A stretch of 63,632 bases of DNA from Rhina ancylostomus. Its lineage: Eukaryota. Position numbers and translations under genes: made by a program. Location: positions 16,513,204 to 16,576,835 of the forward strand of contig JARFYF010000055.1 of NCBI GenBank assembly GCA_030265395.1, in the 5' to 3' direction. Shown here in pieces: positions 24,792 to 39,634 of this stretch. Each line of letters opens with the position of its first letter. Positions within the stretch are counted from its first letter, which is position 1. A model generated the notes under the pieces. It ran no database searches, was not told the DNA's origin, and worked only from the letters and a program-made list of their open reading frames with translations.

Positions 24792-27095
24792 TGACGTGCA
24801 CTTAATGTGTAGTTATTTAGAAAAAAGTTTTAATCAACAAAGTAAATTATTTATACACAGAAATTGGATTGCCACCAATTCTAAAAGTTTAATTAGAAAA
24901 TTTAAGTAGTTCATTTTTCTATTTTTAACAGTTTTATGAACTATGTTTAATGGTACAGATTGTGAACTGAGAAACAGACTTTGGAATATATAGGGAACTT
25001 TTATTTGGTGTGTATTTTCCCATTTTCACATATTGATTTTCTTTTCTTAACTTCATTTCGATATTTTTCTTCCTAAAACCTATAATACCCTTCTGCAGAA
25101 TCTTACTGTTGCTTCATACTGTTTTGCCTGATTCAGTGTCCTGCTTTTGCAGTGATGGTGGGTAAGACCGGAGACAGTGTATGGTTTGTGACGAGATCAC
25201 ATTATATAGCTAATAAACTAAAAGTATTATTCTGAATACTTTAATGCACACTGTAAGTAACTTCTTCTGTTTTCCACCTCCCATTCCCTTCCTCCGCACC
25301 CAAAATTGATTTTCTATAAAACTGAGAATTCTCCAACTTGAATATAAGAATGGCAAATGTTAACAGTTTTATGATCAATGCTCACTTTGTCAAGTTACCG
25401 TATAGATATAATTTGCTTTGAACAAATCCGTGCTAGCTTTATCTAATCATTCCACACTTGTCAAAGTGACTGCTTATTTTGTCCTTGATATTGTTTCTCA
25501 AACTTTCCCCCAATCAAGGTTAAACTGATTGACCTGTAGTTACTTGGTTTATCCCCACATACTTTTTATTTTATAAACAAAAGTGTAACATTTGCAATTT
25601 TCCAGTCATCTGTCAGCACCAGGAAGATTGTGCCAGGATCTTTGCAATTTTTCACTTCCCTCAGTAGTCTGTGTGATTTTTCAAGTACTTCCATTATCAA
25701 TTTGTAGCCCATCCAGAACCTCAACTATATACATCTTCTCCCTTAAAGATTGACTCCTTTTACAAACTGTGGTTGTGTACCTTTAACATATTTTAAATGT
25801 CAAGAGAGGTGGTAAAAAGATTAGTGATTATCGAGTTGGAGAAAGTGCAAATAGAATAATTACCTGAAATTATTTTTTGTCACCTGATGTCTCGAAACAC
25901 TTTATGGCTAATGCAGTAGTTGGTATATAATCATAGAAACTAAGAATTGCTGGACTCAAAATAATGGTCCATCTGATTCACCAAGTACCTTTCTGGTAGT
26001 TGCATAATACAAGACTATTGGAGATATTGAATGATGAGAGTAATCACTCTTTGTCAATATTAAGATATAAAGTCAGGAAAAATTTTATGTTTCCTGTTCC
26101 TCCCAAAGATGTATACCCCAAAGTGCTAATTTTCTGAAAGAAATCCTGTGGAATTTGGATTTGAATGAATCAATACTCCTTTCATTTTCTTACAAAAGCA
26201 ATGGCTGTTGAACTTTTTTCTGCCAGGTGGTTTTGAATTTGTCTCCAAGAGGTTTATTGTTCTGGACTTGGTGAAATTGCTTGTCATGATCTGCATAATG
26301 TAGTACTTTTAGTTTCCATAAAACAATAATCATATAACTTTTTTTTCAGTGGTGACATGTCCATTTAACAGAATTACATTACAATGTAAGGATTTAGAAC
26401 ATAATGTAGTCTTATAGGTTTTGGTTAGTGGTTAAGCTGATATTCAGAACATAAGGCAGACTTCCTAGCTTTTGCTCAAATAGTGCTATAAAATCTTTTA
26501 AAGCCAGTAGATAGATCTTTGGGTTAATGTTTTATCTGAAAGGATGTACTTAACTGGCAGAAGCTCTGTACTGATGTGCCATGCCTGATTATGTTCTCTT
26601 CATTTGGCAATGAAGCTTGACTTGTGATCTTCTCACTTTTGCAAATGTTACAACTAACAATGATTGAATAATAGCCCTTCAAGGTACTAGTACTGCTGAC
26701 GTACCAATACTTTGAGAAGAAGGAAAAAAGTTAATGACAATAAATCCTGTCTTCCATGTCACCATGATTTGTGATAATATGGAAGTACATTTCTGAAAAA
26801 ACACCATGGTTTATTCTTTGAATAGGTTTTTAATTTAGATTTTTAAATTTTTTCCACATACAGAATGTAATTGCTAGGAATAAAGAAGGTATTTTCTAGA
26901 ATGATAATATTTTATTGCACACTGAAAGATTTTAAATGTTCAAACATTCTATGCCTCCAAAGCATTGATATGCCATCGTGTGGCATGGTGCCATTTGAGT
27001 AATCCCGGCTTACGTACAATAGATAAATGTCAACTGTGATAACTCGTGTTTATGTCACCTTCAATGTGATGATGTTCTTTTATGTTTACATATAG

Positions 27096-27272
<177 letters not shown>

Positions 27273-28887
27273 TAATCATTTTCCATAAAATATTTCTAAT
27301 ACAGTAATTTTACCTCTGATTTCTATTATCTTAGAATACTAAGCATGTTGAAAAACACCAAGTAAAACAAGAACTTGGTTCCTAATAGGGCAGATCATCT
27401 GACCCACCCATCAGGTAGGGGAGTAAGTGCAGCTGCTTGCCTTACTTTCTAGTTGGAAGATGAGCAAGGTAGCAGAGTGGCTTGCAAGCAAGATTGGTCC
27501 CAAATTATGCTGTTGGGAGCTAAAATTTTCTGGACTTTGTGTTGGTGGCAACCTCCACCATTCAGTGAGTCAGCTCCTCTGAATTTTTCAGTACACCTGA
27601 ACTGCTGAGTGGTGGAACATCTCTGAATAAAATCTTGACTCTTCCCAGATGAGTTGCAGGCAGATATTGGATGTGATGGTGTGTCCCAGTATGTTTTATT
27701 TCATGTGGTTGATCTTTTATTTTCATCTTTTATTTGAATGAACATCAAATAATTCCATGAACATCAATCAAATTCCTATGTGTTCAATTTAGAACTAAAA
27801 TAGCCAATAAACTGGGATCTTCTTAGCTAATTTGCTCTGGTACAATGTCCAGGAAACTCCTTTAATTTGTTCAGTTAAAAGGAATACTAAGTTGTGGAAT
27901 CGTCATGTATCAAGAAAATGAAGTTGCTGCAGTTTGAATTTGAGAATTTTGTCTTTGTGGTGGGAAGCTGATTGCAATATGACCCTGTAGTGATTTTTCA
28001 AGTTACATGCATGTTCCCATTTGTTAAACTGTGGATTACACCAGTTGTCTATTACCATTTTGTATTTGCTTGTGAAACAGTTAAGAAAAATTTCTACCCC
28101 TTATTTGAGAGTTTGGACCCAATTCGTAAAAGAGTTCCATTTTCACTTTCCCATTAGGAATGTTGCTAAAATAGACCAATATGTTGGTCCTGCACTCCTC
28201 TCTCACTCAAATTGAGAAAATCCTGAATATTCACATATCTGTTCATCAACTGCAGAGAAAGAAATTGCCTTAGAATAAAGGAAGTTTTGGGTCAGATCAT
28301 CCCGGAGCCAGTTCGATTTTTGTCAGAAGCTTTTGGAATTGTTGTTAAAGAATCTGATAGACATACTGTTGAAATAGATTTTAAGATTTTTTAAAAGTTT
28401 TAAAAGATCCTTAGGGATAAATAATTAAAATGTTGTTCAGCGACAACCCTGCCCCAGCATTCAAATGAATGGAGCCCAAATTCTTATTCCAATCAGCACT
28501 GATGAAAAGCGTCTGGCACCTCTGCTCAATGTGTCAGTGTTCTACTGCTGGATTTGATGGTCAGTTGAATTGGACTGGCTGATCTCAGACCACTGTATAT
28601 GACCGCACATGTGCGGTAATTCAAGACTGTTTATCACCAATGTTTTTCCAAGGAGCTGCTGGTTACAGATAGGTGTGATCTAGGTCATCAGCCAACATTA
28701 ATTTACTTAATACAAAACATGTACAAAAAAAGACAGTTTACCTGACACCATCTTGGATCATTGCAGCTAGGGGAAATGCATCTGATTGTAGTACTGTCAT
28801 AGAAATGGAAACTAAAACTTGTGCACAGTGAAAATCTGCTGGTATGTGGCACTGTTTTTCAATTCAAATGTTGGTCTTTATGCAATA

Positions 28888-29021
28888 TAGCACCTAGTTC
28901 CTATAACCAGTCTGATTTTGCAGTGCAGACCTTGGAGGAACTGTTGTGCCAAAGCAATGCTGAGTAAATCCAGATGTGCCTCTTCTAAATTGAGACTTAT
29001 CTCTACAACTTTGCAACATTA
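28888..29021 (+). ncRNA. SNORA55: H/ACA box snoRNA, SNORA55 (ACA55) homologue in PABPC4 intron 6
   Basis: Hairpin - H box AAAGCA (28951-28956) - hairpin - ACA (29016-29018); starts AGCACCT and the 3' hairpin GAGTAAATCCAGA...TCTCTACAACTTTGCAACATT matches my recollection of human SNORA55, which is hosted in PABPC4. Confidence 0.85.
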
Positions 29022-29870
29022 CTTTTACATTGTTTTAAGTTTCTTTTTCCTCTTCTTGATGAACATAACTCTTGTTGGGCTCCATGCAATCTTGCAGCAT
29101 CTTCATTAAATGGATATTCTTTATTTATGGGATATGCTACACATTTGATCTGTCGTAAGTTTCAGAATGCATTTTGTTCTTATCTGCATATCATACCAGG
29201 AGATTTGCTGTGGTGTGCTCTATTTCAGAAGATTGACATGAGTGTCTCTTGAAAGAAGGGTTTTATTGATTTTTAAATAAACTTCAGTTTTCTTCTGAAT
29301 AGATAGCACTCATTTCCAAAACAAGCTGGTGAAAAATGTAATCATGTATGCAGAAATGTACTCAACTCAGGGCCATAATACAATGAAATTCTTTTCATGA
29401 TTTCCTTTAATGAGACTGGCAACTTTTGAATATTGAAGCATTACCAATAAATTTATGCCAGATTACTGCAAAAGTGTTCTAAAGAAAATACCAGTTTAAG
29501 AAATATATCTATTTAATTTTGATTGAAAGGTTACAAAATAATATTTGGTTCTTGCCTGCCTGGAAATAACTTTGTGGCCTGTAATTTAGTGCATACTTGA
29601 ACATTAGATCTGTCATGCAGCTAATCAGAACTCAGCACCTTGCACTGTAAAAGACATCCATTTATTTGTAGAGCACTTTTGTGTAGGAAATTGAGTTTGG
29701 TTTGTGCTTTCTGTAGCTATGATCATATTATTGGATTAGTTTGGAATTATGCAACATTTATATAAGTGCATTTGGTAATCATTTTAATTCTAGTTGTCAG
29801 CCATCAGATTTGAGAACATGAATTTGTGCAATAGCACTAGGGTTACTGACAATTATTAAAATGATTTTAG

Positions 29871-29993
<123 letters not shown>

Positions 29994-30139
29994 TGAAAAT
30001 GTTTGGGGTAACAAAAAAAGAGTGGTTGCCTTCCTCGTTAATCATAGTGTTTTTTTAAGAAAACATATTATCCATGATTTTATGAAAGATCAATATCCTT
30101 AATAAGCTATTCTCATCAGTTCTCACATGAGATGATCCA

Positions 30140-30480
30140 TTCAGCTGCCTGACAGGGTAGATGCAGAATTGATGCTTTTCCTAGCTGGGGTGACCAGAAC
30201 CAAGAGTATCCATCCCAGTATAAGACGTCGCCATTCAGGATGAAACTTCTTCACCTAGAGGGTGGTGAATTTTTGGAATCCACGAGGGCTGTGGAGGCTC
30301 TGTCGCTGAATATGTTCAAGATAGAGATTGATACATTTTTATATATTGGGGGAATTGAGAGATATGGAGTTAGTGCAAGAAAATGGTCCCGAGGTAAAAG
30401 ATTAGCCTTGATCTTATTGAATTCTGGGACAGGCTTGAGAGGCCAAATGGCCAAATTCTGTTCTTTTTCATGTTCCTAGG
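30140..30480 (+). mobile_element. CR1-like LINE 3' end
   Basis: gacagggtagatgcag..aacttcttcacctagagggtggtgaatttttggaat..gctgtggaggct. Confidence 0.7.
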
Positions 30481-30634
30481 ACTGTTTCTTTCCACATGTG
30501 GATTACTAAGATTTTAAATTTGGGTCAGGTTTTTCCCAGTATGTGGTACTGTAGCTAAAATTACATGTTAATGTTGACAAACTATCGTACATTTCAATTG
30601 CAAGCATTAAATATTACCTTAAATTTCATTTTAA

Positions 30635-30943
<309 letters not shown>

Positions 30944-32244
30944 TGATAATTTTTCATTTGCCTTAGCATCCCCCAGGTCAGGAGCTTAAGAGTTTGAGAA
31001 ATCAGAAGAAATTAGTTCTGCCAGATTCTTGCTGGTTTTGGTCTAGGCTATATATTGCTTTCTGATCTGGTTTGAATATCTGAAGTTCCAACTCAAAGTA
31101 AATTCATTAACCATATAAAAAAAATGCAGAAGGACATCAGGTCATTTTCCAGTCCATTGTCACGCTGAACACAAAACCCTCAATCCACTATGTCCAATTG
31201 GACAGAAGGCCTTGACACGAGATGCTGATCTAAAGGAAAAGTGGGCTAATGTATTTCTTCTCAGTTAGAACTTAAGCTTCATGAGTATTATGTTAGTTTC
31301 TTTTTTACTTGTTGCTGCACCAATATCACTATTTACTGGTTTGCTGTTTTTTTATGGGCCAGCTCATGCTGAGGTTTGCCAGTGGCTTTTGTTGGAATTG
31401 CTGGCATTGATCTGTTGAACCAGAGAAGGTCATGGATTTCCATGTGTGTGTCATGACTGATCACCAGATCCAGAAAAATGAATGGATAGATTTTAAAAAT
31501 TGCCATTGTGTGACATCAAGGAATCTTTTAAAACTGAAGTCAATGGGAAATGAGGGAAAACCACTTTGTTGATGGAGTCATACTCAGCTCAATGGAAAAT
31601 GGAATGGTTGTTGGCAATCAATAACTGCAGCCCTAGGATGTCATAAGAACAGTTTCTCATTAAATTGTTCTATGTCCAGCCATGTTTAGCTAGTTCACCA
31701 ATGAATTTGGTCCATCAAAAGGAAGGAAGATGTGATGATTGCACAATGTGCCATTCCAATCACACATCCTCAGATAATGACTACATTTAATAGAGATCTG
31801 GACAACATTTGGTTAAGTATCAGTGACATTTGTTCCACCCAAGTGTCTGGCAATGATGGTCTTTGCCTCTCCCCTTGACATTCAACATCATTATCACCTT
31901 CCTCCTGCCTTCATCCACCACCACCACCATGGTTCACTGTGGAGTAGGTGCTTGAGAAGACAAACCACAAATCTGGATGAATGTGCTTCAACAATACACA
32001 AATTAGACATTTGGAATGAAACAAACCACTTAATTGACATCCACTGTAAGCATTCACTCAGCTGATTCCTTCCTGCAGTGTTTTCCATTGTAACTTGCTA
32101 AGATGTTTTAACAATTCCTCCCAGTTCATCTGTAACAACATGTGCATCAGATTCATACAAGTTCCTGCCCATGTTGCAAACTATCCCGACTTGGGAATAT
32201 ATTGCCATTCCTTCAAGCTTGGGTCATACTTCCATGTTTCCTTA

Positions 32245-32575
32245 CAACATAGAAAAGGCCACTCAGCCCATTGAGTCTATGCTGGCTCACAGAGCAGTCC
32301 CAATCCCCTACTAATTTTTCTCTGTGACATATTCTCTCCACATTCCCATCAAACTTGCCCCATGTTCTACCATCCACCTACACACTAGGGGCAATTTACA
32401 GTACCAATTAACTTACCCACATGTTTTTGGGATGTGGGAGGAAACTGGAGCACCAGGAAACCTTCTAGGTCACAGGGAAAACATGCAAACTTCACACACA
32501 TAGCACTGGAGGTCAGGGTTAAATCTAGACTGCTGGTATTGTAAGGCAGTAGCTCTCCTAGCTGTGCCACTTTGC
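32245..32575 (-). mobile_element. V-SINE/HE1-like SINE
   Basis: ggggcaatttacagt..tgggatgtgggaggaaactggagcacc..; tRNA-like head on the minus strand (gtggcacagctagg). Confidence 0.78.
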
Positions 32576-33304
32576 TGTAGCCTCTAACTCCAAAAATACC
32601 CTACCTACCAGCACTGAGTACTGTGGATGTTGAGTTGATTTAATAAGTATAATACATGTACAGTGTTGCATGTGAGCTAATGTAATATGGATTAAAAGGG
32701 GGTTTAAAATGACCCACAATCAGCCAATTCAACAGTGTTGTTCTTATAGAGTTTAACGGAAGCCATTCTGACACAAGGTAGAAAAAATGTATGTGTCCAT
32801 TTATCACAGTTGTGATATCTGGCTACGTTGAGGATAGTAGAGAAGGAGTTCTCCTTAATTGCTGTTCTTACTCTAACATTTGGACCTTACCTGAATACAC
32901 AGTTGTTCACTGCAAACATTCACTCTGTTCGTGCAAGATATTTTCAAGAAATGTTTTGCAGAGTTCCTCAGGAACTGCCACATAAGGGTCAAAGGGCAAA
33001 GTGAAAATAGCAATAAATGGTGCTTAGATAAATCAATGGAACAATGAGCTTATCAGCCTTTAAGTGGACAAGTACATTCACTCAGATACTCTGTAGCTAC
33101 CTCAAACTGACAGGAAGAAAGTTACTGAATACTAGGTGTAGGAATAGAAACACTATTGTCCTTCATTTCAGCAGTTGACATCACTTGTCAGTGATGTGTA
33201 TCTTAGCCCCACATATGACATTAATGTACAAAACTATATGGTTAAAAAGTATAAAAATCCTGGTTCAGGTAACCCCTTCACTGACAAAGGAGATATAACT
33301 TCCT

Positions 33305-33600
33305 AAGATATCTTTATTAGTCACATGTATATCGAAACACACAGTGAAATGCATCTTTGTGTAGAGTGTTCTGGGGGCATCCCACAAGTGTTGCCATGTT
33401 TCTAACGCCAACATAGCATGCCCACAATTTTCTAACCTATATGTCTTTGGAATGTGGGAGGAAACTGGAGCACCCAGAGGAAACCCACTCCGACACGGGG
33501 AGAGAACGTACAAGCTCCTTAGACGGTGGCTGGAATTAAACCTGGGTCACTGGCACTGTAATAGCGTTATGTTAACTGCTACACTACCAGCCTGCCCTGG
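33305..33600 (-). mobile_element. V-SINE-type element
   Basis: gtctttggaatgtgggaggaaactggagcacccagaggaaaccc core shared with the other copies. Confidence 0.7.
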
Positions 33601-34039
33601 GGTGAATTCCATGCTCGATTTGTCTCAACTAGCTCAACAAAATCCAAATTCAGCTGTAACTGTTTAGTCCTGCCACCTGTCTCTCTGAGGCAACCTTTGC
33701 TGATTAATCAAGTGTTTTGTGTAACCAGCTGCTATATTACAATAAAAGAACAACTATCTCTAGCTCTCTTGGTATTCTGTAGTCTATGCCTGTTAAAACT
33801 TCACACCATATGGATTGCAGCTAGTCACAAAGATGTTTCACTACCATCTTCTCAAAGTCCATTAATAATGGACATTAATTACTTGCCTTGCCAACAATGA
33901 CCATATTTCATTTGTGATTTAATAAAAAGATAGGAAATTGTACTAAATTACAGCAGCCATTCCTTTCAGTACCTGTAAATTGTTTTCATCACAGGAACAG
34001 TGCATCTACTTATTTTCCATGTTTTTCCCTATTTCCAAA

Positions 34040-34385
34040 TGACATTGAAGGAGGCTAATTGGCCCACCAAATCTATTCTGACTCTTAGAGAAACCTTATT
34101 AAACCCTTTCTCCCGCTTATTTTTCCTGTGACCTTATTTTCTCTCACATAAAGATTAACTCCCCCCAATTCTCCCACAGGCTACCTGCACTAGTGGTAAT
34201 TTTACAGTAGCCAATTAACCTAACAACCAGCATGTCTTTGTCTTTGGCATGTAGAATGAAAATGGAGCACTTAAGGGAAATCCACTCAGTTGCAGAGAGA
34301 AGGTGCAAACTCCATACAGACAGTATTGGAGGTTAGATTTGACCTGGGTCGCTGGAGTTGAGACAGCTGCAATACCTGCAGTGTT
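34040..34385 (-). mobile_element. V-SINE/HE1-like SINE
   Basis: aattttacagtagccaattaacctaac..gtgcaaactccatacagacag. Confidence 0.7.
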
Positions 34386-34409
34386 ACCCTGCTAACTTTG
34401 GTTAAACAC

Positions 34410-34722
34410 ATCAGAATCAGGTTTATTATCACTGACATATGATGTGAAATTTGTTGTTTTGCAGCAGCAGTACAGTGCAAAGACTACTAAATATTACTAT
34501 AAATTACAAAATAAATGGTGTATAAAAAAAAGAATAACAAAGTAGTGTTCATGGGTTCACAGACTGTTCAAAAATCTGATGGTGGAGGGGAAGAAGCTGT
34601 TCCTAAATTGTTGAGTGTGGGTCTTCAGGCTCCTGTACCTCCTCCCTGATGATAGTAATGAGAAGAGGGTATGTACTGGATGGTGAGGGTCCTTAGTGAT
34701 GGATGCTGCCTTCTTGAGGCAC
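34410..34722 (-). mobile_element. Rex1-clade LINE 3' end
   Basis: Closely similar to 8953-9263 (atcagaatcaggtttattatcactgac..gggtcttcaggctcctgta); encodes CLKKAASITKDPHHPVH. Confidence 0.88.
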
Positions 34723-35216
34723 TTGCTTTTCTTCCTTAACTGCTTTCTTTCTTCCTCACCCCTCACCTCCACTACCAAATCATCATCATTCGGTATAGCT
34801 TAGGACAATAAGAATATTCAGCATGTTGCATGTATTGCAGAATTAGTTTTGTATCCAGGATACAATTCAAATATTTCATGTTTTACGCCTTATGAGGAGA
34901 AGCATTTCTCATAATGGTGTAATATGTATACTTTTCCTTTGGCATTCCATCTGTCAAATTGCACTGGAATTTGGCAAGCAGTGTGTAAGTTGATGCGAGA
35001 TTACTAGGAGAAGGTTTATGGAATCAGGTTAGCTCATCAGTTGAAAATGGTGCACCTATATAGAGACTAAACAATTGTTGGAAGAACATATACAGTAATT
35101 AAAGTAGAAAAAAAATGAAGGTTTGGAAACAATTCCAGGATTTAATTTGTTAAATAATGTTGATCTTTAAAAGAATATACTGACAAAGAGTAAAATAGGT
35201 TCTGGTTTTATTCTAG

Positions 35217-35307
35217 GCACAAAACAGAGCTACCTATTATGCACCAAATCAGATGGCTCAGATGAGACCCAGTACTCGCTGGCAACAGCAACAAACCAGG
35301 CCCCAAG
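35217..35307 (+). CDS. PABPC4: PABPC4 exon 9 (linker)
   Basis: AQNRATYYAPNQMAQMRPSTRWQQQQTRPQ; ttctag acceptor, gtaggt donor. Confidence 0.92.
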
Positions 35308-35439
35308 GTAGGTTTGGTAGTTATATAATTATTTGCCTGACATTCGAGAGGATGTGGATTATGTAAAAGACAATGAATGTTTACAACTCCAAAAAAATTA
35401 CAAATACTGACAGGAAAGTTACTTTCTGATGAAAAATCT

Positions 35440-36560
35440 TCTTTGCCAAACAGTATTAGAAAGAATAATGGCTTACAAATTTTTGAAAAGTTAGCAAGGA
35501 GAGTCGAGGAAGATAATGCCTTTGATGGAGTGTACATGGATTTCTGCAAAGCTTTTTAGCTAGGCTAGTCAAAAAAAAGTTAAATGCCCTTGAAATTTAA
35601 GAAAGTGTGGCAAATTAGATCCAAAACTGTCTTATTGGCAAGAAGCAATGGGTTGACTGGTATTTTTATGACTGAATAGCTACTACCAGAGGAGTGCCCA
35701 TAATTGGCTTAGCTGGAGGGGGCATGGTGTAGAAATATATAGATAATACAAAAGTAGGATATGGAGTTGAGAAGGAGGAAGAGCTCTGATCTCTGAAAGG
35801 TAAAGATGGCTGGTTAGTTGGGCAGAAAGTGGCAAATGGAACTTTATCCAGACATGTGAGGTGATGCGTTTGGAGAGGTGTAAAAAGGCAAGGGAATACA
35901 CAGTAAATGGAAGGATTTTGAGAGATGTGGAGGAAAAAGAGACCTTGGAGTATATGTCCAGCAGATTTTTAAAAATAGCAGGATTGGTCAATAAGGCAGT
36001 TAAAAAGGCAAATAGAATGCTCTCTCGTATTAAATGAGGTAAAGAATATAAGAGCAGGGAATTCATCTTGGAACTACATACAACATTAGACCACAGCTTG
36101 AGTACTGCATACAATTCTGGCCACTGTATTTAAGGAATGATAAGGTTGCAATGGAAAGGGTGCAGGAGTTTTAGGAAATATTGTCAGGGCTGAAATTTTA
36201 AATATGGGGAAAGATTTTAATCGGCTGTTTATTTTGGGAACTGAGGGGAGACTGAGGTGTATAAAATTATGAGCATCCTGGCTGGATTAAATATCAAGGA
36301 CCTACATTTTTTTGAGGGATAGATTTTAAAAAAATGATATAAGGATTAGAGAGGAAATGAGGAAAGTATTTTTCATCCATAACATGGCAGAAGCACATAT
36401 CACACTTGGAAGTATATCTGAATGTGTACTTGTAAAGCCATGACCTGCAAGTCTAAAGACAAGTACTGGAAAGTGGATTTAGGCAAGATAACACTTTTTC
36501 AACCAGCGCACACAATGGGCCAAGTGGCTTACTTTTGTGTGCAAATTTTCAGTGATTCCA
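35440..36560 (+). mobile_element. Degenerate CR1 LINE (RT region to 3' end)
   Basis: RVEEDNAFDGVYMDFCKAF corresponds to the CR1 RT motif DVxYxDFxKAF; gggcagaaagtggcaaatgga; many stops. Confidence 0.8.
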
Positions 36561-38459
36561 TTCCACAATTTCACAGAATATAATTGTGGTTTGTGCAATC
36601 TCATTTTGTACTTTGACCCTTGGTGTCTGGGTATCATTTTGCTAAATGTACACTATTCTCTCTCCAAGAGCTCACTATATTGCAGGTGTTTTTAAACCAT
36701 GTCTTTATGTAGCTGTAGCATAAGTTTTACTCTCTCGTGTTCTAGTCCTTTAGATTTAAAGGTTAGCATTCTAGCTTTTTTGATTTTATTTTCTGTATCT
36801 GTGCGTGGTGTTTTAATGATCAANNNNNNNNNNNNNNNNNNNNNNNNNNNNNNNNNNNNNNNNNNNNNNNNNNNNNNNNNNNNNNNNNNNNNNNNNNNNN
36901 NNNNNNNNNNNNNNNNNNNNNNNTGTATCTGTGCGTGGTGTTTTAATGATCAATGTGTATGGACAGCTAGTCTCCACAAGTCTACTTGTTTTTGACATTT
37001 TGGAATGGGATCGGCCTTGTGGACCATGAAGATCTCAGGATTGATTTTTTTTTTCTTGATCCCTTGATTTTTGTAATGAGGTCTTCTAAGTTAACATCTG
37101 CTACCAAACTAAAATGCTTCGATGTACATGTGACCAATAAAGATATATTATTATATTATTATTTCCTGGCCCCACTCTCTGCCAGGTGATCAACATGCAA
37201 TGTTAAACCTGATTGGTCTTGAATTGCAGTATTCCAAGTATTTATCCTATATACCTTCCCTGGGAATGATCAAATCTGAGAGGAGATGGGAAGGAATATA
37301 AATGCACTGTGTTCACCGTTAATTCATTGGCCTATCCCACTTAGTAGTAAAGAGCATTTAAAATGAACCATGTGTACTTTCATGATTTTTTTAAACCATC
37401 AGTTGTGTTCCTATTACATATCTCTAGTTTGAAGTCATGGAAAGTTTGTAAATATAATGTGTATTTGCTGATGTTTAGTAAAATATTCACTTGAATAATT
37501 GATTAGCCTAGCTGTTGAATTGTAATCTGGTTCTGGGAAGGCAACAAACAGATTGTGAGTAGAATATGAACTTAAGTAAATATTAGCTCTGTAACATGCA
37601 AGGTGGAAGTACATTTTTAAATTGAGAACTTTTTACTTCATTTTGCCAATTTAGTGGAAAACTCCTGATTCCTAACAACAGTCTGTAATATTGTTGCATG
37701 TTCACGTAGGTATTTGACTTGCAAACCTGGAGATGTGACTTGTGCACAAGTACGATGGATCTTTTGACAGCTAGTGTAAGTCACAAGTATAAATTTATCC
37801 GGTACAATTCCTCAGGCTTTAGGGTATTAAATCAATCATTAATTATCCATTCCTACAAATTCAACATTATAAACACCCAACAAATTTTATTATCTAATCT
37901 GTGAATTTACTCACAAATTAGTTATGTGGTACCATTAATAGTGTAGGTGACCTACTGTGCAAAGAGACATGGCTGGCAAACAGTAATAGAAGAAATGATT
38001 GAAATCTTGGTTGAAGCTAAGTCTTGAGTATGCTTTTGTATGCAGCAGGATGAGAGAGGTGAGGTATGGAGTTGTAAAGAGTAAGACCATTAGGCCTGTT
38101 GACTCTGCCATTGATAATGGAGAAGGGTGAAGAAGAGATGTATTGGAACTTGCAGTTTAAGAACTAAACTGCAAAAGCTGAAATATTGTAGATTTGGTGG
38201 GGAATGGTGGTGGGTGGGGAGAGATAATTTGTTAAAATGGGTAAATTCTTCAAAAGTAAATTGGGATGCACAGTTTAATATGGAATGCAATTGATCTGGG
38301 AAAATAAGAGAAGTGAAGTTTTTTTAATAGTGTAGGTTAAAGCGTAGGAGGAGGCTGTTGAACAAGTTGAATCTGGACGAAAGCAGCATGAATAACCTTT
38401 TCAATGAAAGTGAGGTAAGGAAAGGGGAGCCATTGTTACAAATGTGGAATGAGGAATAT

Positions 38460-39620
38460 ACCAGAAGTAGGAGTAAGCCATTTGGCACCTTATGCCTGCT
38501 CTGTCATTCAATAACATCATGGTTGATCTTTTACTTCTATGCCACTTTCCTGTTCTGACTCCATATCCCTTGGTTTTCTTAATATCTAATTAATCTCTTT
38601 TTAATATACTCAGTGACCTATTGGGTAGAGAATTCCAAAGATTCACTACCATCTGGGTGAAGAAACTTCATCGAATGTCTATCTTGAGGGGCCACTCCTT
38701 TATTTTGAAATTCTGAGACCTGTCAGTGGAAACGTCAGTTCTGTGTCTACCCTGTTAAGCCCCAGAAGAATTTTGTACATTTCCATTAGGTCCCCTCTAA
38801 TTCTAAACTCAAGATTATAGGGCCTATCTGCTTAATCTCTTCTGTTATGATAAATGTGCCATTCCAAGATTCAAATTTTGCTGCATTTTCTCTATTGCAA
38901 GTATATCCTTACTTGAGTAAGAAGATCAGCTAATATACAGATCTCCAGATGAGATGTCTCCATGGCCCAATATAATTGGAGCAAGGTGTCCCTGTTCTTG
39001 TACTAAAATCCTCTTGCAATAATGCACAATATACCATTTCCCTTCCTAGTCACTTACTATACCTAAATGATAACTGTCAGTGTACGAAGACATCATGATC
39101 TCTCTTAACGCCAAGACCTTTCAGTCTGTCACTACTTTTCTACTTTATCAATGACCTTACATTTTTCCCATCTGCTACATCTTTGCCCATTTACCTAATC
39201 CATCTATATTCCTCTGAAGGCTCTCTGCATCCTTCTCACAGCCCATTCTGCCATCTAGCCACTTAGCTTAGTATCATCAGAAAATTTAGATGTATTATAC
39301 TTGATCCTCTCCAAATCATTGATATAGATTATGTACATATTTGGCTGCAAAACTGATTTGTGTGGCATCCCACTGATGCATCTATTCCTACTCTCAATCT
39401 TCTGTCCTTTAGCTGGTTCCTAATCCATGGGAGTGTATTGCCTCTAAATCCATGCACTCAAATTTTGTTTAATGATCTCTTGTGGTTCTTCAAAGATTTT
39501 CTGACTGTCCAAATGCACCATTTACCTTACCTATTCAGCACATTACAACCTCAAAAATGTTTTAATATATTTGTCAAATATGATATCCTTTCATGAATTC
39601 AGATCTCTGCCTAATCCTAT
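38460..39620 (-). mobile_element. Degenerate CR1 LINE
   Basis: gggtagagaattccaaagattcactacc, ccaaatcattgatatagatt and other CR1-like blocks. Confidence 0.72.
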
Positions 39621-39634
39621 TGTTGTTTTAATGT

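Noticed and set aside
26960-27090. Hairpin plus AGATAA H-box-like motif before PABPC4 exon 6
   Set aside because: No properly spaced second hairpin and ACA box, and it runs into the acceptor region
36795-36953. 30-bp direct repeat flanking an N run
   Set aside because: Same gap-overlap pattern; probable assembly artefact
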